Assembly (NCBI GenBank): GCA_045656445.1
Contig: JAZORD010000042.1
Coordinates: 1-53,326, forward strand
Source of the DNA: Eubacteriales bacterium
GTDB taxonomy: Bacteria; Bacillota; Clostridia; Oscillospirales; CAG-272
Reading direction: 5' to 3'
DNA: 53,326 nt
Below, one piece after another: positions 18,708 through 30,602 of the stretch (within the stretch, counting starts at the first letter, position 1; every line of letters starts with the position of its first letter). A model generated the notes under the pieces. That model ran no database searches and was not told where the DNA came from. It saw nothing but the letters and a program-made list of their open reading frames with translations. A program made the translations under genes and the position numbers.

Positions 18708-20005
18708 CAGTCTACGATATAATAACAAAGAAAAAGCGCGGAGAGGCGCTTTCGCGCGACGAAGTGCGGTGCTTCGTCAAGGGCTATACCGAGGGCGCGA
18801 TACCCGATTATCAAGTCTCGGCTCTGCTTATGGCGATATGCCTTAACGGTATGAACGACGATGAAACCTGTGAATTGACTATGGCAATTGCCGAATCGGG
18901 CGATACTGTGGACCTTTCGGAGTTTGGCGCGCTTACGGCAGACAAGCATTCGACGGGCGGCGTCGGTGACAAAACCACCCTTATAGTTGCGCCGCTTGCG
19001 GCGGCGCTTGGCTGCAAGGTTGCGAAAATGAGCGGCAGGGGGCTTGGACACACGGGCGGTACCGTTGACAAGCTTGAGTCCTTTCCGGGATACAGAGTTA
19101 CACTATCCGAGGATGATTTCAGACGTCAGGTTCGTGAAATTGGCGTTGCCGTTATCGGTCAGAGCGGAAATCTCGCTCCTGCGGACAAAAAGCTGTATGC
19201 CCTGCGCGATGTGACGGCGACGGTTGATTCTGTGCCGCTTATAACCTCGTCTATAATGGGCAAGAAGCTTCCGTCCGGCGCAAAATCAATAGTGCTTGAC
19301 GTAAAATACGGTTCCGGCGCGTTTATGAAAACACCCGAGGAAGCCGAGATTCTTGCCGAAAATATGGTTAAGATAGGCAGGCTTGCAGGACGAAATACCG
19401 CGGCTCTTATAACTAATATGGATACACCGCTCGGCTTTGCCGTGGGTAATACACTTGAGGTTTGCGAGGCTATAGCGACGCTTCGCGGCGAAGGTCCACC
19501 CGACCTTGCTGAAATTTCGATTTCACTTGCGGGGGCAATGGCGCATCTTACACTTGGTATTGCTTATGAGGTTGCCGTGGAGCGCGCAAGAAAGCTTCTT
19601 TACTCTGGTGCGGCACTCAAAAAATTCAAGGAGTGGATTTCTGCTCAGGGCGGTGACGTGTCGTTTATAGACAACCCCGACAAATTTATCTCGGCAAAAT
19701 ACAAAAAAGAGCTAAAATGCGGCACGGATGGCTACATTTCGGCTATGGATGCCGAAAAAATAGGACTTGCGGCAATGGAGCTTGGCGCAGGCAGAAAAAC
19801 AAAAGACTCTGAAATTGATTATTCTGCCGGCATAATTCTCGCGAAAAAGACTGGCGACAAAGTTAATGCAGGTGACACGCTTGCGACGCTTTATTCAAGC
19901 AAATATGAGCTTATCAAAGAAGCCGAGGAAGCGCTGCTTGATGCGTATAAATTCTCCGATAAACCAAGAGAAAAGGAAAAGCTTATCTATAAAATTCTGC
20001 TTTAA
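18704..20005 (+). CDS. pdp: Pyrimidine-nucleoside (thymidine) phosphorylase
   Basis: DKHSTGGVGDK, KMSGRGLGHTGGT, LYALRDVTATV, LDVKYGSGAF. Confidence 0.95.
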   Translation: MTVYDIITKKKRGEALSRDEVRCFVKGYTEGAIPDYQVSALLMAICLNGMNDDETCELTMAIAESGDTVDLSEFGALTADKHSTGGVGDKTTLIVAPLAAALGCKVAKMSGRGLGHTGGTVDKLESFPGYRVTLSEDDFRRQVREIGVAVIGQSGNLAPADKKLYALRDVTATVDSVPLITSSIMGKKLPSGAKSIVLDVKYGSGAFMKTPEEAEILAENMVKIGRLAGRNTAALITNMDTPLGFAVGNTLEVCEAIATLRGEGPPDLAEISISLAGAMAHLTLGIAYEVAVERARKLLYSGAALKKFKEWISAQGGDVSFIDNPDKFISAKYKKELKCGTDGYISAMDAEKIGLAAMELGAGRKTKDSEIDYSAGIILAKKTGDKVNAGDTLATLYSSKYELIKEAEEALLDAYKFSDKPREKEKLIYKILL

Positions 20006-20140
20006 TTAACGGTGGGGCGTTTTCTTAACCCCCCCTTTTATTTATTGATAAATATTTAACTTTCATTAAAGCTATTGATTTATATGGGTTTTTGTGGTAT
20101 CATATTATTCGGTGAAGATTGGCTTGGGAGAGTGGCGAGT

Positions 20141-20422
20141 ATGCACAAAAAACTGTTTAGCGTTTTGTACGCAATTAACATAATATCTCAGGCAATTTTC
20201 ACGCTTCTGTTGCCTGCAGCGCTTGGATTTTGCCTGTCTTGGCTCTTTGTCGCAAAGCTCGGCGCGCCAAGATGGCTTTACGCCGTGCTTATCACAGTTG
20301 GCGTAATAACCGGACTCGTTTCTATGGTGAAATTCTCCATAGCTGCCGCGGAGGGTCTTGAGCGACTTGATAAACAAAATAAAAACAGTAATAAAACGGG
20401 ACATAATAAAAATGAAAAATAA
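20141..20422 (+). CDS. AtpZ/AtpI-like small membrane protein
   Basis: Two TM segments; first gene of the atp operon. Confidence 0.7.
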   Translation: MHKKLFSVLYAINIISQAIFTLLLPAALGFCLSWLFVAKLGAPRWLYAVLITVGVITGLVSMVKFSIAAAEGLERLDKQNKNSNKTGHNKNEK

Positions 20423-20870
20423 ATCACTTCCTTTTTACGAGGCGGCGCTTGTTCTCCTCGGTGAGATAATAGTTTCGCTCGTGATATGCGGCGTATGTCT
20501 CATATTTGATTGGTTTTCTTATAAGATAGTTACGGGTGTTGCGCTCGGGACTGCGGTTACAACTCTTAATTTCCTTTTTCTCGCGCTATCAACCAGCCGC
20601 GCATTCGATAAGGCGGTGGAAGCTCGCGGCACTCGCGAGATGGACGAGGACGAAATTGAGAAATTCACCGAGGAGCATCAGCAAAATATGAATAACGCCG
20701 TTAAGCTTTCCTTCATCATAAGAACGCTTACGATGCTTGCGACGCTTATCGTGGCTTTTATACTGGATGTGTTTAACGTTTTAGCAACTCTTATTCCGCT
20801 TCTGATGCTTCGTCCGATAATAATGATTGAGGCGCTTATCAGAGAAAAACTTAAGAAAGGTAATAGCTGA
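20412..20870 (+). CDS. atpI: ATP synthase protein I
   Basis: Four hydrophobic segments; position upstream of atpB. Confidence 0.7.
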   Translation: MKNKSLPFYEAALVLLGEIIVSLVICGVCLIFDWFSYKIVTGVALGTAVTTLNFLFLALSTSRAFDKAVEARGTREMDEDEIEKFTEEHQQNMNNAVKLSFIIRTLTMLATLIVAFILDVFNVLATLIPLLMLRPIIMIEALIREKLKKGNS

Positions 20871-21637
20871 TGGACCTTCAGGTAAACGGACCGCGGATAT
20901 ATTTTACTGTTCACACTCCGTGGTTTGATATTAACATAACTCAGACTGTTGTTTCTCTTATTGCCGTGTCGCTGATTCTTATCGCTATTGCGCTTATTGC
21001 GACACGCAAGCTGACGAAGCGCCCGGGACGCCTTCAGGTCGTTACCGAGAAGCTTGTCAATATGCTTTACGGTCTGGTTGAGGACACGATGGGCAAGCAC
21101 AATTTAAAGTTTGCCCCATATATAGGAACGCTTTTCCTTTGTTCCATTATAGGAACGCTTATAGGAATGACACAGATTTTTCGCTCGGTTACTGCCGACC
21201 TTTCCGTAACGCTTGCCTGGGCGCTCGTCACGACGGGTATGGTGTGGTATAACAATATAAAGAATTTCGGCTTTAAAACCTGGCTCCGTGGCTTTACCGA
21301 GCCGATTGTGGTTATGACGCCGATGAACGTTGTCAGCGAGATAGCCCAGCCCATTTCAATGGCTTTCCGTCATTTCGGTAACGTTGCGGGCGGCTCGGTG
21401 CTTACGGCGCTCGTTTACGCAGCGCTTGCAGCGCTTTCAAACTTTGTTTTCGGATGGATTCCGGGCCTTTTAGGCTCTATTCCATTTTTCCAGGTCGGTA
21501 TCCCCGCATTTCTGTCTATTTATTTCGATTTGTTCTCAGGTTTTGTTCAGGCGCTCGTTTTCTCGCTTCTGACGATGGTATACGTCGGCGGTGCTTGCCC
21601 TCCGCCTGAGGAGATTGAAAACAAGGCGGAAGATTAA
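20870..21637 (+). CDS. atpB: ATP synthase Fo subunit a
   Basis: PISMAFRHFGN, FVQALVFSLLT. Confidence 0.95.
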   Translation: MDLQVNGPRIYFTVHTPWFDINITQTVVSLIAVSLILIAIALIATRKLTKRPGRLQVVTEKLVNMLYGLVEDTMGKHNLKFAPYIGTLFLCSIIGTLIGMTQIFRSVTADLSVTLAWALVTTGMVWYNNIKNFGFKTWLRGFTEPIVVMTPMNVVSEIAQPISMAFRHFGNVAGGSVLTALVYAALAALSNFVFGWIPGLLGSIPFFQVGIPAFLSIYFDLFSGFVQALVFSLLTMVYVGGACPPPEEIENKAED

Positions 21638-21685
21638 TTTTAGATTTTAATAAAAAATAAATACACATTTTTGGAGGAATTAAAA

Positions 21686-21940
21686 ATGGAAGGTTTAACA
21701 GGTTCTATTGAGGTTGCGGCAAGAGCCCTCGGCGCAGGTCTTTGTATGGGTCTTGGCGCTATCGGTCCCGCAATTGGAGAAGGTAACGCGGTTGGTAAGG
21801 CGCTTGAGGGTATGGCAAGAAATCCCGAAACTGCGGGAAATTTGCGTACTAACATGATTCTCGGATGCGCTATAACCGAGACAACGGGTATCTATTCGCT
21901 CGTTATATCCCTGCTTCTCATGTTTATGAAGCTCAAATAA
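21686..21940 (+). CDS. atpE: ATP synthase Fo subunit c (Na+-type signature)
   Basis: GPAIGEG, ARNPE, ETTGIY; GGAGG RBS. Confidence 0.95.
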   Translation: MEGLTGSIEVAARALGAGLCMGLGAIGPAIGEGNAVGKALEGMARNPETAGNLRTNMILGCAITETTGIYSLVISLLLMFMKLK

Positions 21941-21967
21941 TTAAGTAAGGATTGGCTAACCACTTTA

Positions 21968-22486
21968 ATGGGAATCGAAGTTTTTTTAGATAAATTCGAG
22001 GCCTTTGTCGGCGTAAATTTATTTACGATGATTTTCGCGTGGCTCAACCTCTTAATACTCTATCTTTTCTTAAAAAAATTGCTCTTCAAGCCGGTCAAGA
22101 ATATGATTGACTCACGTCAGAAGGAAATTGACGATATGTACTCGGATGCGGAAAAATCGCGCACGGATGCCGCTGCAATGAAGTCCGAATACGAGGAGAA
22201 GATTTCCAAGGCAGGCGAGGAGAGCGAGGAAATACTCAAAAAGGCGGTGCGCCGCGCTCAGCTTCGCGAGGAGGAAATTCTTAAGGAAGCAAACGACAAG
22301 GCGGCAAGGACGCTTGAACGCGCCGCCGAGCAGGTTGAGCTTGAAAAGAAAAGAGCTATAAACGAGGTCAAGGACGAGGTTTCGGATATGGCTATTAGTA
22401 TCGCTGCGGCTGTTATTGAGCGCGACGTCAATGAAAACGAGCACAAAGAGCTCATTGACGAGTTCATAGACCGGATGGGTAATTGA
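21968..22486 (+). CDS. atpF: ATP synthase Fo subunit b
   Basis: N-terminal TM, FKPV...R.KEI, long charged helix; operon position. Confidence 0.93.
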   Translation: MGIEVFLDKFEAFVGVNLFTMIFAWLNLLILYLFLKKLLFKPVKNMIDSRQKEIDDMYSDAEKSRTDAAAMKSEYEEKISKAGEESEEILKKAVRRAQLREEEILKEANDKAARTLERAAEQVELEKKRAINEVKDEVSDMAISIAAAVIERDVNENEHKELIDEFIDRMGN

Positions 22487-22487
22487 T

Positions 22488-23021
22488 ATGGCGGCAGGCA
22501 AGGAATACGGAAGAGCGCTTTTTATGCTTTCCGAGGAGTGCGGAACGACCGAAAAGGTGCTTGCCGACGTTTGTGCGGCAGACGAGATTTTTAAAAGCAA
22601 CCCAAAATACGTAAAGCTGCTGGATACCCCCGCAATAACGAAATCTGAGAAGCTTTCGCTTGTTGACGAGGCGTTTTCACCTCTTGACGAAAACGTTTTG
22701 AACCTTATCAAGATTTTGTGCGAGCGACACTCGGTCTTCACCTTTTCTGAGGTGAAAAAGGCTTTCTGCGAGCTTTATAACGCATCACGCGGTATTGAGC
22801 ACGTTGAGGCGGTAACGGCGGTTGCTATGACACCCGAACAGATAAGCCGAATGAGCGACAAGCTGGCGGCTATGACGGGAAAGAAAATTATAATTAAAAA
22901 TACGGTATCCCCCGAAATTCTCGGCGGAGTGAAGCTCAGATATTCGGGAACACAGCTTGACGGCTCGGTCAGAACAAGGCTCAAAAGCTTTGAGAAGAGC
23001 CTCAAAAATACGGTAATTTAA
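22488..23021 (+). CDS. atpH: ATP synthase F1 subunit delta
   Basis: YGRALF, ILGGVKL, LDGSVR. Confidence 0.93.
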   Translation: MAAGKEYGRALFMLSEECGTTEKVLADVCAADEIFKSNPKYVKLLDTPAITKSEKLSLVDEAFSPLDENVLNLIKILCERHSVFTFSEVKKAFCELYNASRGIEHVEAVTAVAMTPEQISRMSDKLAAMTGKKIIIKNTVSPEILGGVKLRYSGTQLDGSVRTRLKSFEKSLKNTVI

Positions 23022-23031
23022 CGGTGATAAA

Positions 23032-24546
23032 ATGCAATCAAAAATTGATGATATCAGCAAAATAATTAAAGAACAGATTAAAAACTACTCAAAGAAGACC
23101 GAACAGGACGAGATAGGCTACGTTATATCCGTCGGTGACGGTATTTCAAAGGTTCACGGTCTTGACAAGTGTAAGGCTAATGAGCTTCTTGAGTTTGCAA
23201 ACGGAACATACGGTATGGCGCTCAACCTTGAGGAGAGCTTTGTCAGCGCGGTTTTGCTCGGAAGCGACGTCGGAATCAGCGAGGGCAGCCTTGTTAAGAG
23301 AACCGGAAGAGTTGTTTCTGTGCCTGTCGGTGAGGCTATGATTGGCAGAGTCGTAAACGCTCTCGGTCAGCCGATTGACGCAAAAGGTCCTATTGAAGCT
23401 GACGGCTACTCCCCTATTGAAAGACGCGCTTACGGAATAATCGAGAGAAAGTCGGTTTCGGTACCGCTTCAGACGGGTATTAAGGCAATCGACTCTATGA
23501 TTCCGATAGGACGCGGACAAAGAGAGCTTATAATCGGTGACAGACAGACGGGTAAAACGGTTATTGCAACCGATACAATAATTAACCAAAAAGGCAAGGA
23601 CGTTATCTGCATTTACGTTGCGATAGGTCAGAAGCAGTCGACCGTTACGAACGTTGTGGATACTCTTTACAAGTGCGGCGCTATGGATTACACGATAGTC
23701 GTTTCTGCTACGGCATCGGATTCCGCACCGCTCCAATACATTGCCCCTTATGCCGGATGCGCTATGGGTGAGTATTTTATGGATAAGGGACGCGACGTGC
23801 TTATCGTTTACGACGACCTTTCAAAGCACGCGGTTGCTTACCGTGCCCTCTCTCTTCTCATAAGGCGTCCGCCGGGCAGAGAGGCTTATCCCGGAGACGT
23901 TTTCTATCTTCATTCAAGACTTCTTGAGCGCGCGGCAAGGCTTGCACCGGAATACGGCGGCGGCTCGCTTACGGCTCTTCCTATAATTGAAACCCAGGCG
24001 GGTGACGTTTCTGCTTATATTCCGACTAACGTTATTTCTATTACCGACGGGCAGATATTCCTTGAAACCGAACTTTTCCATTCGGGCGTACGCCCTGCGG
24101 TAAACCCGGGTATTTCGGTTTCCCGTGTCGGAGGAAATGCGCAGATAAAGGCAATGAAGAAGGTTGCGGGAACGCTGAAGCTTCTTTATTCCCAATACAG
24201 AGAGCTTCAGGGCTTTGCTCAGTTTGGCTCAGACCTTGACGCAGACACAAAAGCTCGTCTTGAGCAGGGTCAGAGAATAGTTGAGGTTCTAAAGCAGGAC
24301 AGAAATTCGCCCATTGCGGTTGAGCTTCAGGTAGCCATAATTTACGCGGTAGTAAATAATCTCTTAAAGGACATCAAGGCAGAGGATATCGGACGCTTTG
24401 AAGAGGAGCTTTTCGATTACCTCGTTGCAGCAAAGGACTCGCTTCTTGCGGATATTCGCAACACGGGGCTTCTCACAGACGAGAGCGCATCGGAGCTTCG
24501 CGAGGCTATAATACACACAAAAAATAAATTTTTAGGAAAAGACTAA
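23032..24546 (+). CDS. atpA: ATP synthase F1 subunit alpha
   Basis: [30 protein letters not shown]. Confidence 0.98.
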   Translation: MQSKIDDISKIIKEQIKNYSKKTEQDEIGYVISVGDGISKVHGLDKCKANELLEFANGTYGMALNLEESFVSAVLLGSDVGISEGSLVKRTGRVVSVPVGEAMIGRVVNALGQPIDAKGPIEADGYSPIERRAYGIIERKSVSVPLQTGIKAIDSMIPIGRGQRELIIGDRQTGKTVIATDTIINQKGKDVICIYVAIGQKQSTVTNVVDTLYKCGAMDYTIVVSATASDSAPLQYIAPYAGCAMGEYFMDKGRDVLIVYDDLSKHAVAYRALSLLIRRPPGREAYPGDVFYLHSRLLERAARLAPEYGGGSLTALPIIETQAGDVSAYIPTNVISITDGQIFLETELFHSGVRPAVNPGISVSRVGGNAQIKAMKKVAGTLKLLYSQYRELQGFAQFGSDLDADTKARLEQGQRIVEVLKQDRNSPIAVELQVAIIYAVVNNLLKDIKAEDIGRFEEELFDYLVAAKDSLLADIRNTGLLTDESASELREAIIHTKNKFLGKD

Positions 24547-24562
24547 GAAAGGCGGTGGCACT

Positions 24563-25411
24563 GTGGCAGGAGCATCGATGAACGATATAAAATCGCGTAT
24601 GAAAAGCGTTAACAGCACGATGCAGATAACCAAGGCTATGGAGCTCGTTGCCACCTCTAAGCTCAGACGCGCGAAGGAGCGTGTCGAGCGCGCTCGCCCC
24701 TACTATGAGATTCTCTGTGAGGCTATCAAAAGCATTGAAGCCTCGCGTGATGCGGGTGCTTCTGTGTGGAGCGAGAGTCGTGACGGCGGCAAGACGCTTT
24801 TCGTGGTTATAGCAGGTGACAGAGGGCTTGCGGGCGGTTACAACGCAAATGTTTTTCGCTTGACTGAGTCTCTTGCAAAGGGCAATGATGCCGTATATCT
24901 TCCGATAGGAAAAAAGGCTCTTGAATATTACAGACACAGAGGGCGCGAGATATTATCATCGGAGCTTGAATACGTGAGTGCTGTCGGTGTCGGCGACTCG
25001 TTTTCTGCAGCAGAGCTTATCTCACGCGCGTTTTGCGAGGGAAAAATATCGAAAGCTGTTATGGTTTACACTAAATTCGTTTCTATGATGACGCAGTCGC
25101 CCGTTTACGAGGAGCTTTTACCCTTCGCCTGCGAAGAAGATGAGAAACCACAGGCTTCCGACCCTGTTTTTGAGGGTGAGGCAGAAGAAATTCTTGACAA
25201 GCTTCTCCCCGATTATATTGGCGGTGTGCTTTATTCTGCCGTTTGCGAGGCGGTTGCTTCCGAATCCGGTGCAAGAAGAAGCTCTATGAATGCGGCAAAC
25301 AAGAACGCCCAGGAAATGATTGACAGTCTGATGCTTAAATACAACAGAGCGCGTCAGGCGGTCATTACACAGGAAATTACAGAGATTGTTTCCGGCGCGG
25401 AGGCGCTGTAG
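24563..25411 (+). CDS. atpG: ATP synthase F1 subunit gamma
   Basis: QITKAMELVA, DRGLAG, NRARQAVITQEITEI; GTG start. Confidence 0.96.
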   Translation: MAGASMNDIKSRMKSVNSTMQITKAMELVATSKLRRAKERVERARPYYEILCEAIKSIEASRDAGASVWSESRDGGKTLFVVIAGDRGLAGGYNANVFRLTESLAKGNDAVYLPIGKKALEYYRHRGREILSSELEYVSAVGVGDSFSAAELISRAFCEGKISKAVMVYTKFVSMMTQSPVYEELLPFACEEDEKPQASDPVFEGEAEEILDKLLPDYIGGVLYSAVCEAVASESGARRSSMNAANKNAQEMIDSLMLKYNRARQAVITQEITEIVSGAEAL

Positions 25412-25456
25412 GCAACAGAGTCTAACAAGCAAGTCTTGCATAGTTAACAGTTATAA

Positions 25457-26875
<1,419 letters not shown>

Positions 26876-26877
26876 CT

Positions 26878-27279
26878 ATGCGTGAATTTCACCTACAAAT
26901 AGTGACGCCCGACGGTCTTATATTTGACGGCGCAGCGGAGGCTATACTTGTTAGGACAGATATGGGTGACGTTGAAATAATGCGCGGCCATACCGATTAT
27001 TTTGCGACGCTCGGCACAGGCAGAGCCAAGCTGACCGCGGGCGGACAGCAACGGGACGCTTCGGCATCCGGAGGATTTGTTTCGGTGAAGGGCGGCGAGG
27101 TAAGGCTCGTTTGCAGGACCTTTGAATTTGCCGACGAGATAGACCTAAATCGCGCAAAAGCTGCTAAGGAGCGGGCTGAGGCAGTGCTCCGTCACGCAGA
27201 GGACGATAAATCCGTTCGTATTGCCAAGGCAAAGCTCGCAAGAGCTATAAGCCGTATCAGCGTTGCAGAGCAAAGGTAG
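26878..27279 (+). CDS. atpC: ATP synthase F1 subunit epsilon
   Basis: IVTPDG, SGGF, EIDLNRA; last gene of the operon. Confidence 0.93.
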   Translation: MREFHLQIVTPDGLIFDGAAEAILVRTDMGDVEIMRGHTDYFATLGTGRAKLTAGGQQRDASASGGFVSVKGGEVRLVCRTFEFADEIDLNRAKAAKERAEAVLRHAEDDKSVRIAKAKLARAISRISVAEQR

Positions 27280-27284
27280 ATTTT

Positions 27285-28511
27285 ATGAGAGCGTACGAGA
27301 GATTTTTAGATTATATAAAGTTTCCGACTATGTCAAACGAGGAAAGCGAGAGCTGTCCAAGCACTAAAAAGCAGCTTAAGCTTGCTCAGTTTCTTGTAAA
27401 CGAGCTTCTTCGGCTTGGGCTTTCGGATGCGAGAGTTGACGAGTTCGGTTACGTTTATGCAACTCTTCCGCAAAACTGCGAGGGTGAGATAAACGCAATA
27501 GGATTTATTGCTCATATGGACACCTCCCCCGAGGCGTGTGACGAAAACATTAAGCCCGCAGTGGTTGAGTACGGCGGCGGAGATATTCTGTTGAACGAAA
27601 AAGAGGATATTTGGCTCAAGGCATCAGATTACCCATACCTATCGGACTACGTGGGTCACCACCTTATCGTGAGTGACGGAACTACACTTCTGGGCGCTGA
27701 CGACAAGGCAGGTATTGCCGAGATAATAACGGCGCTTGAAAAGATTATAAAGTCGGGCGCGCCTCACGGAAGGATATGCGTGGCATTTACTCCCGATGAA
27801 GAGATTGGCAGAGGAGCTGATAAATTTGACGTTTCCGGCTTTGGCGCAGATTACGCTTACACTGTTGAAGGAGGTCCTATCGGAGAGCTTGAATATGAGA
27901 ATTTCAACGCGGCCAGCGCGAAGGTAACCGTTCACGGAGTTTCGATACATCCGGGAAGCGCAAAGGGCCGAATGAAGAACGCATCGCTTATAGCGTGTGA
28001 ATTTAATTCGCTTTTACCGAAAGACGAGATACCAGAAAAAACCGAGGGATACGAGGGATTTCACCATCTTATTTCTATGTCGGGCGAGATTGAGCTTGCC
28101 AAGCTCAGCTATATAATCCGCGACCACGACAAAGAGAGGTTTCTGGAAAAGAAGCGTGTATTTGAGGAGTGCGCAAGCAGCATAAACCAAAAATACGGTG
28201 AAGGGACTCTCACGCTTGAGCTTCAGGACTCATACTACAATATGAAGGAAAAAATCGAGCCCTGTATGTATATCGTAGAGCGCGCAAAGGCGGCAATGCT
28301 TGAGCTTGATATTCGCCCCGTTGTCGTTCCCATCAGAGGCGGCACGGACGGAGCAAGGCTTTCCTTTATGGGTCTTCCCTGCCCCAATTTATGCACGGGC
28401 GGAGAAAACTTCCATTCGAGATTTGAATTTGTTTCTGTTGAAGCAATGGAAAAGATTTCGGATATAATAGTAAGGATAATAGAAAATGCCGTCTGCGACG
28501 GCAGAAAATAA
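27285..28511 (+). CDS. pepT: Peptidase T (tripeptide aminopeptidase)
   Basis: AHMDT, LGADDKAG, FTPDEE, ENFNAA, HPGSAK, RGGTDG, NFH. Confidence 0.95.
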   Translation: MRAYERFLDYIKFPTMSNEESESCPSTKKQLKLAQFLVNELLRLGLSDARVDEFGYVYATLPQNCEGEINAIGFIAHMDTSPEACDENIKPAVVEYGGGDILLNEKEDIWLKASDYPYLSDYVGHHLIVSDGTTLLGADDKAGIAEIITALEKIIKSGAPHGRICVAFTPDEEIGRGADKFDVSGFGADYAYTVEGGPIGELEYENFNAASAKVTVHGVSIHPGSAKGRMKNASLIACEFNSLLPKDEIPEKTEGYEGFHHLISMSGEIELAKLSYIIRDHDKERFLEKKRVFEECASSINQKYGEGTLTLELQDSYYNMKEKIEPCMYIVERAKAAMLELDIRPVVVPIRGGTDGARLSFMGLPCPNLCTGGENFHSRFEFVSVEAMEKISDIIVRIIENAVCDGRK

Positions 28512-28515
28512 AGAT

Positions 28516-28900
28516 AAAAAGCGATGAGAAAAATCGTGATGTTCTTAGCGAAGAATTTGAAAAATACGCTAAGTGCGAGCATCGCATTTGACTGGTCAAA
28601 CGCATTATGGGCTAAGCCCAAACCCTTATAACAAACAGAAAGAGAGAACAAATCGGTTCGTAGCCGAAATGCTCTCTCTTTTTTTGTTGTTTTAAGCTTA
28701 GAGTTATGAGGCTCGCTTACGCTCACCGTTATGAATTTGCTGCGCAAATGTTATGGTATGATTGCCCTACTAACCTGTAACTTGGCGAAGTCAATCATAA
28801 CAATGCAAAGCATTTCATAACTCATAACTTGCCCAAAGGGCAATCATAACTTAGCGTGATTTGTCCGTTAAGGAAATCACGCTAAACCTCACCGCTTTTT
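28516..28900. repeat. Dispersed structured non-coding element, copy B
   Basis: Homologous to 12161-12534 in the same orientation; ends AAAAAGCGATGAG / CTCACCGCTTTTT are near-inverted. Confidence 0.85.
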
Positions 28901-28913
28901 GTTTTGCAATTTA

Positions 28914-30263
28914 TCAAACAACGCCCTGAGCGAGCATTGCATCTGCTACCTTAAGGAAGCCTGCGATGTTCGCGCCGGCAACGAGGTTGCCCTCCATTCC
29001 AAATTCCTTTGCAGCATTTACGGATGCCTCGTAGATATTCTTCATTATGGTTTGAAGCTTCTCGTCTACCTCCTCAGCGCTCCAGCTGTAACGCATAGAG
29101 TTCTGGGACATCTCAAGACCGGAAACCGCAACTCCGCCCGCATTTACTGCCTTAGAGGGAGCAACTACGACGCCGTTTTCCATAAGATATGCCACAGCCT
29201 CGTTGGTAGTGGGCATATTGGAAACCTCAACGTAGTACTTAAGGCCGTTAGCAACCATCTTCTTAGCATCGTCAAGATTTACCTCGTTTTGAGTAGCGCA
29301 AGGCATAATTACGTCAGCCTTAACGCCCCAAGGCTTCTCACCCTTGAAGAAGGGCACGCCGAACTTATCTGCGTAATCCTCAACTCTGTTACGGCAGGAT
29401 GCGCGCATTTCAAGCATAAAATCAATCTTTTCCTTAGTGGAAACTCCGTCCTTATCGTATACGTATCCGTCAGGACCGGAAATCGTAACAACCTTACCGC
29501 CAAGCTGATTTATCTTCTGAACCGTTCCCCAAGCAACGTTACCGAAGCCGGAAACAGCGAAGGTTTTACCCTTTACGCTCTCACCGTAGGTCTTAAGCAT
29601 CTCCTGAGTGTAATAAACCGCTCCGTAACCCGTTGCTTCGGGACGGATAAGAGAGCCTCCGTAGGGTCTTCCCTTACCTGTAAGAACGCCTGTGAACTCA
29701 TCGCGAAGTCTTTTATACTGACCGAAAAGATATCCGATTTCACGAGCGCCGACTCCTATATCACCTGCGGGAACGTCGGTATCAGGACCTATGTACTTGG
29801 AAAGCTCCGTCATAAAGCTCTGGCAAAACGCCATAACCTCTCTGTCACTCTTACCGTTGGGGTCAAAGTCGGCTCCGCCCTTACCACCTCCCATAGGCAG
29901 ACTTGTGAGCGAGTTTTTAAAGGTCTGTTCAAAGCCGAGGAACTTTATAATGCTCTCGTTTACGCTGGGATGAAAGCGAAGTCCTCCCTTGTAAGGACCG
30001 ATTGCGCTGTTGAACTGAATACGGAAGCCGCGGTTAACTCTTACGTTTCCTGCATCGTCTACCCACGGAACTCTGAACTTTATTATTCTCTCAGGCTCAA
30101 CTATTCTTTCAAGAACACCCGCTTTAACATATTCGGGGCGAGCCTCGATAACAGGCTCAAGAGATTCGAGAACCTCTCTTACGGTCTGATGAAATTCAGG
30201 CTCGTTTGGGTTGCGGGCTTCGACTCTTGCCATAAGGTCTTTTAAATACTCGGATTTAAACAT
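28914..30263 (-). CDS. gdhA: NADP-specific glutamate dehydrogenase
   Basis: GPYKGGLRFH, MGGGKGG, DVPAGD, RPEATGYG, GFGNV. Confidence 0.97.
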   Translation of the reverse strand: MFKSEYLKDLMARVEARNPNEPEFHQTVREVLESLEPVIEARPEYVKAGVLERIVEPERIIKFRVPWVDDAGNVRVNRGFRIQFNSAIGPYKGGLRFHPSVNESIIKFLGFEQTFKNSLTSLPMGGGKGGADFDPNGKSDREVMAFCQSFMTELSKYIGPDTDVPAGDIGVGAREIGYLFGQYKRLRDEFTGVLTGKGRPYGGSLIRPEATGYGAVYYTQEMLKTYGESVKGKTFAVSGFGNVAWGTVQKINQLGGKVVTISGPDGYVYDKDGVSTKEKIDFMLEMRASCRNRVEDYADKFGVPFFKGEKPWGVKADVIMPCATQNEVNLDDAKKMVANGLKYYVEVSNMPTTNEAVAYLMENGVVVAPSKAVNAGGVAVSGLEMSQNSMRYSWSAEEVDEKLQTIMKNIYEASVNAAKEFGMEGNLVAGANIAGFLKVADAMLAQGVV

Positions 30264-30602
30264 AATTTTTCCTTCTTTCGATGTTGTTTTTTATATGATT
30301 TTTAATGAAATTATTTTATCACAAAAATTTTCTAAAATCAATGCCTTTTTGCAAGTTTTATCAAAAATTCCTGCACAAATAATATATTTTTACCTGTTTT
30401 TATGAAAAATGACGGAATAATGAAAGAATCCTTCATAAATTGTCAAATTAATACTGCTTTTTTTGACTCTTTGGATGGAAAAATAACAAAGACCGAAAAA
30501 TTATAAAATCCCGTATGGCGAGTCTTAAAAATTTTCGGTACAGACGGACCAAGATAGCGAGCACCGCCACGTCGGACAAAAACCTGTAAGAAATGCGAGA
30601 GA

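Noticed and set aside
28899-30245. 448-aa plus-strand ORF antisense to gdhA
   Set aside because: Long antisense frames opposite glutamate dehydrogenase genes are a known codon-usage shadow; no RBS or recognisable motifs.
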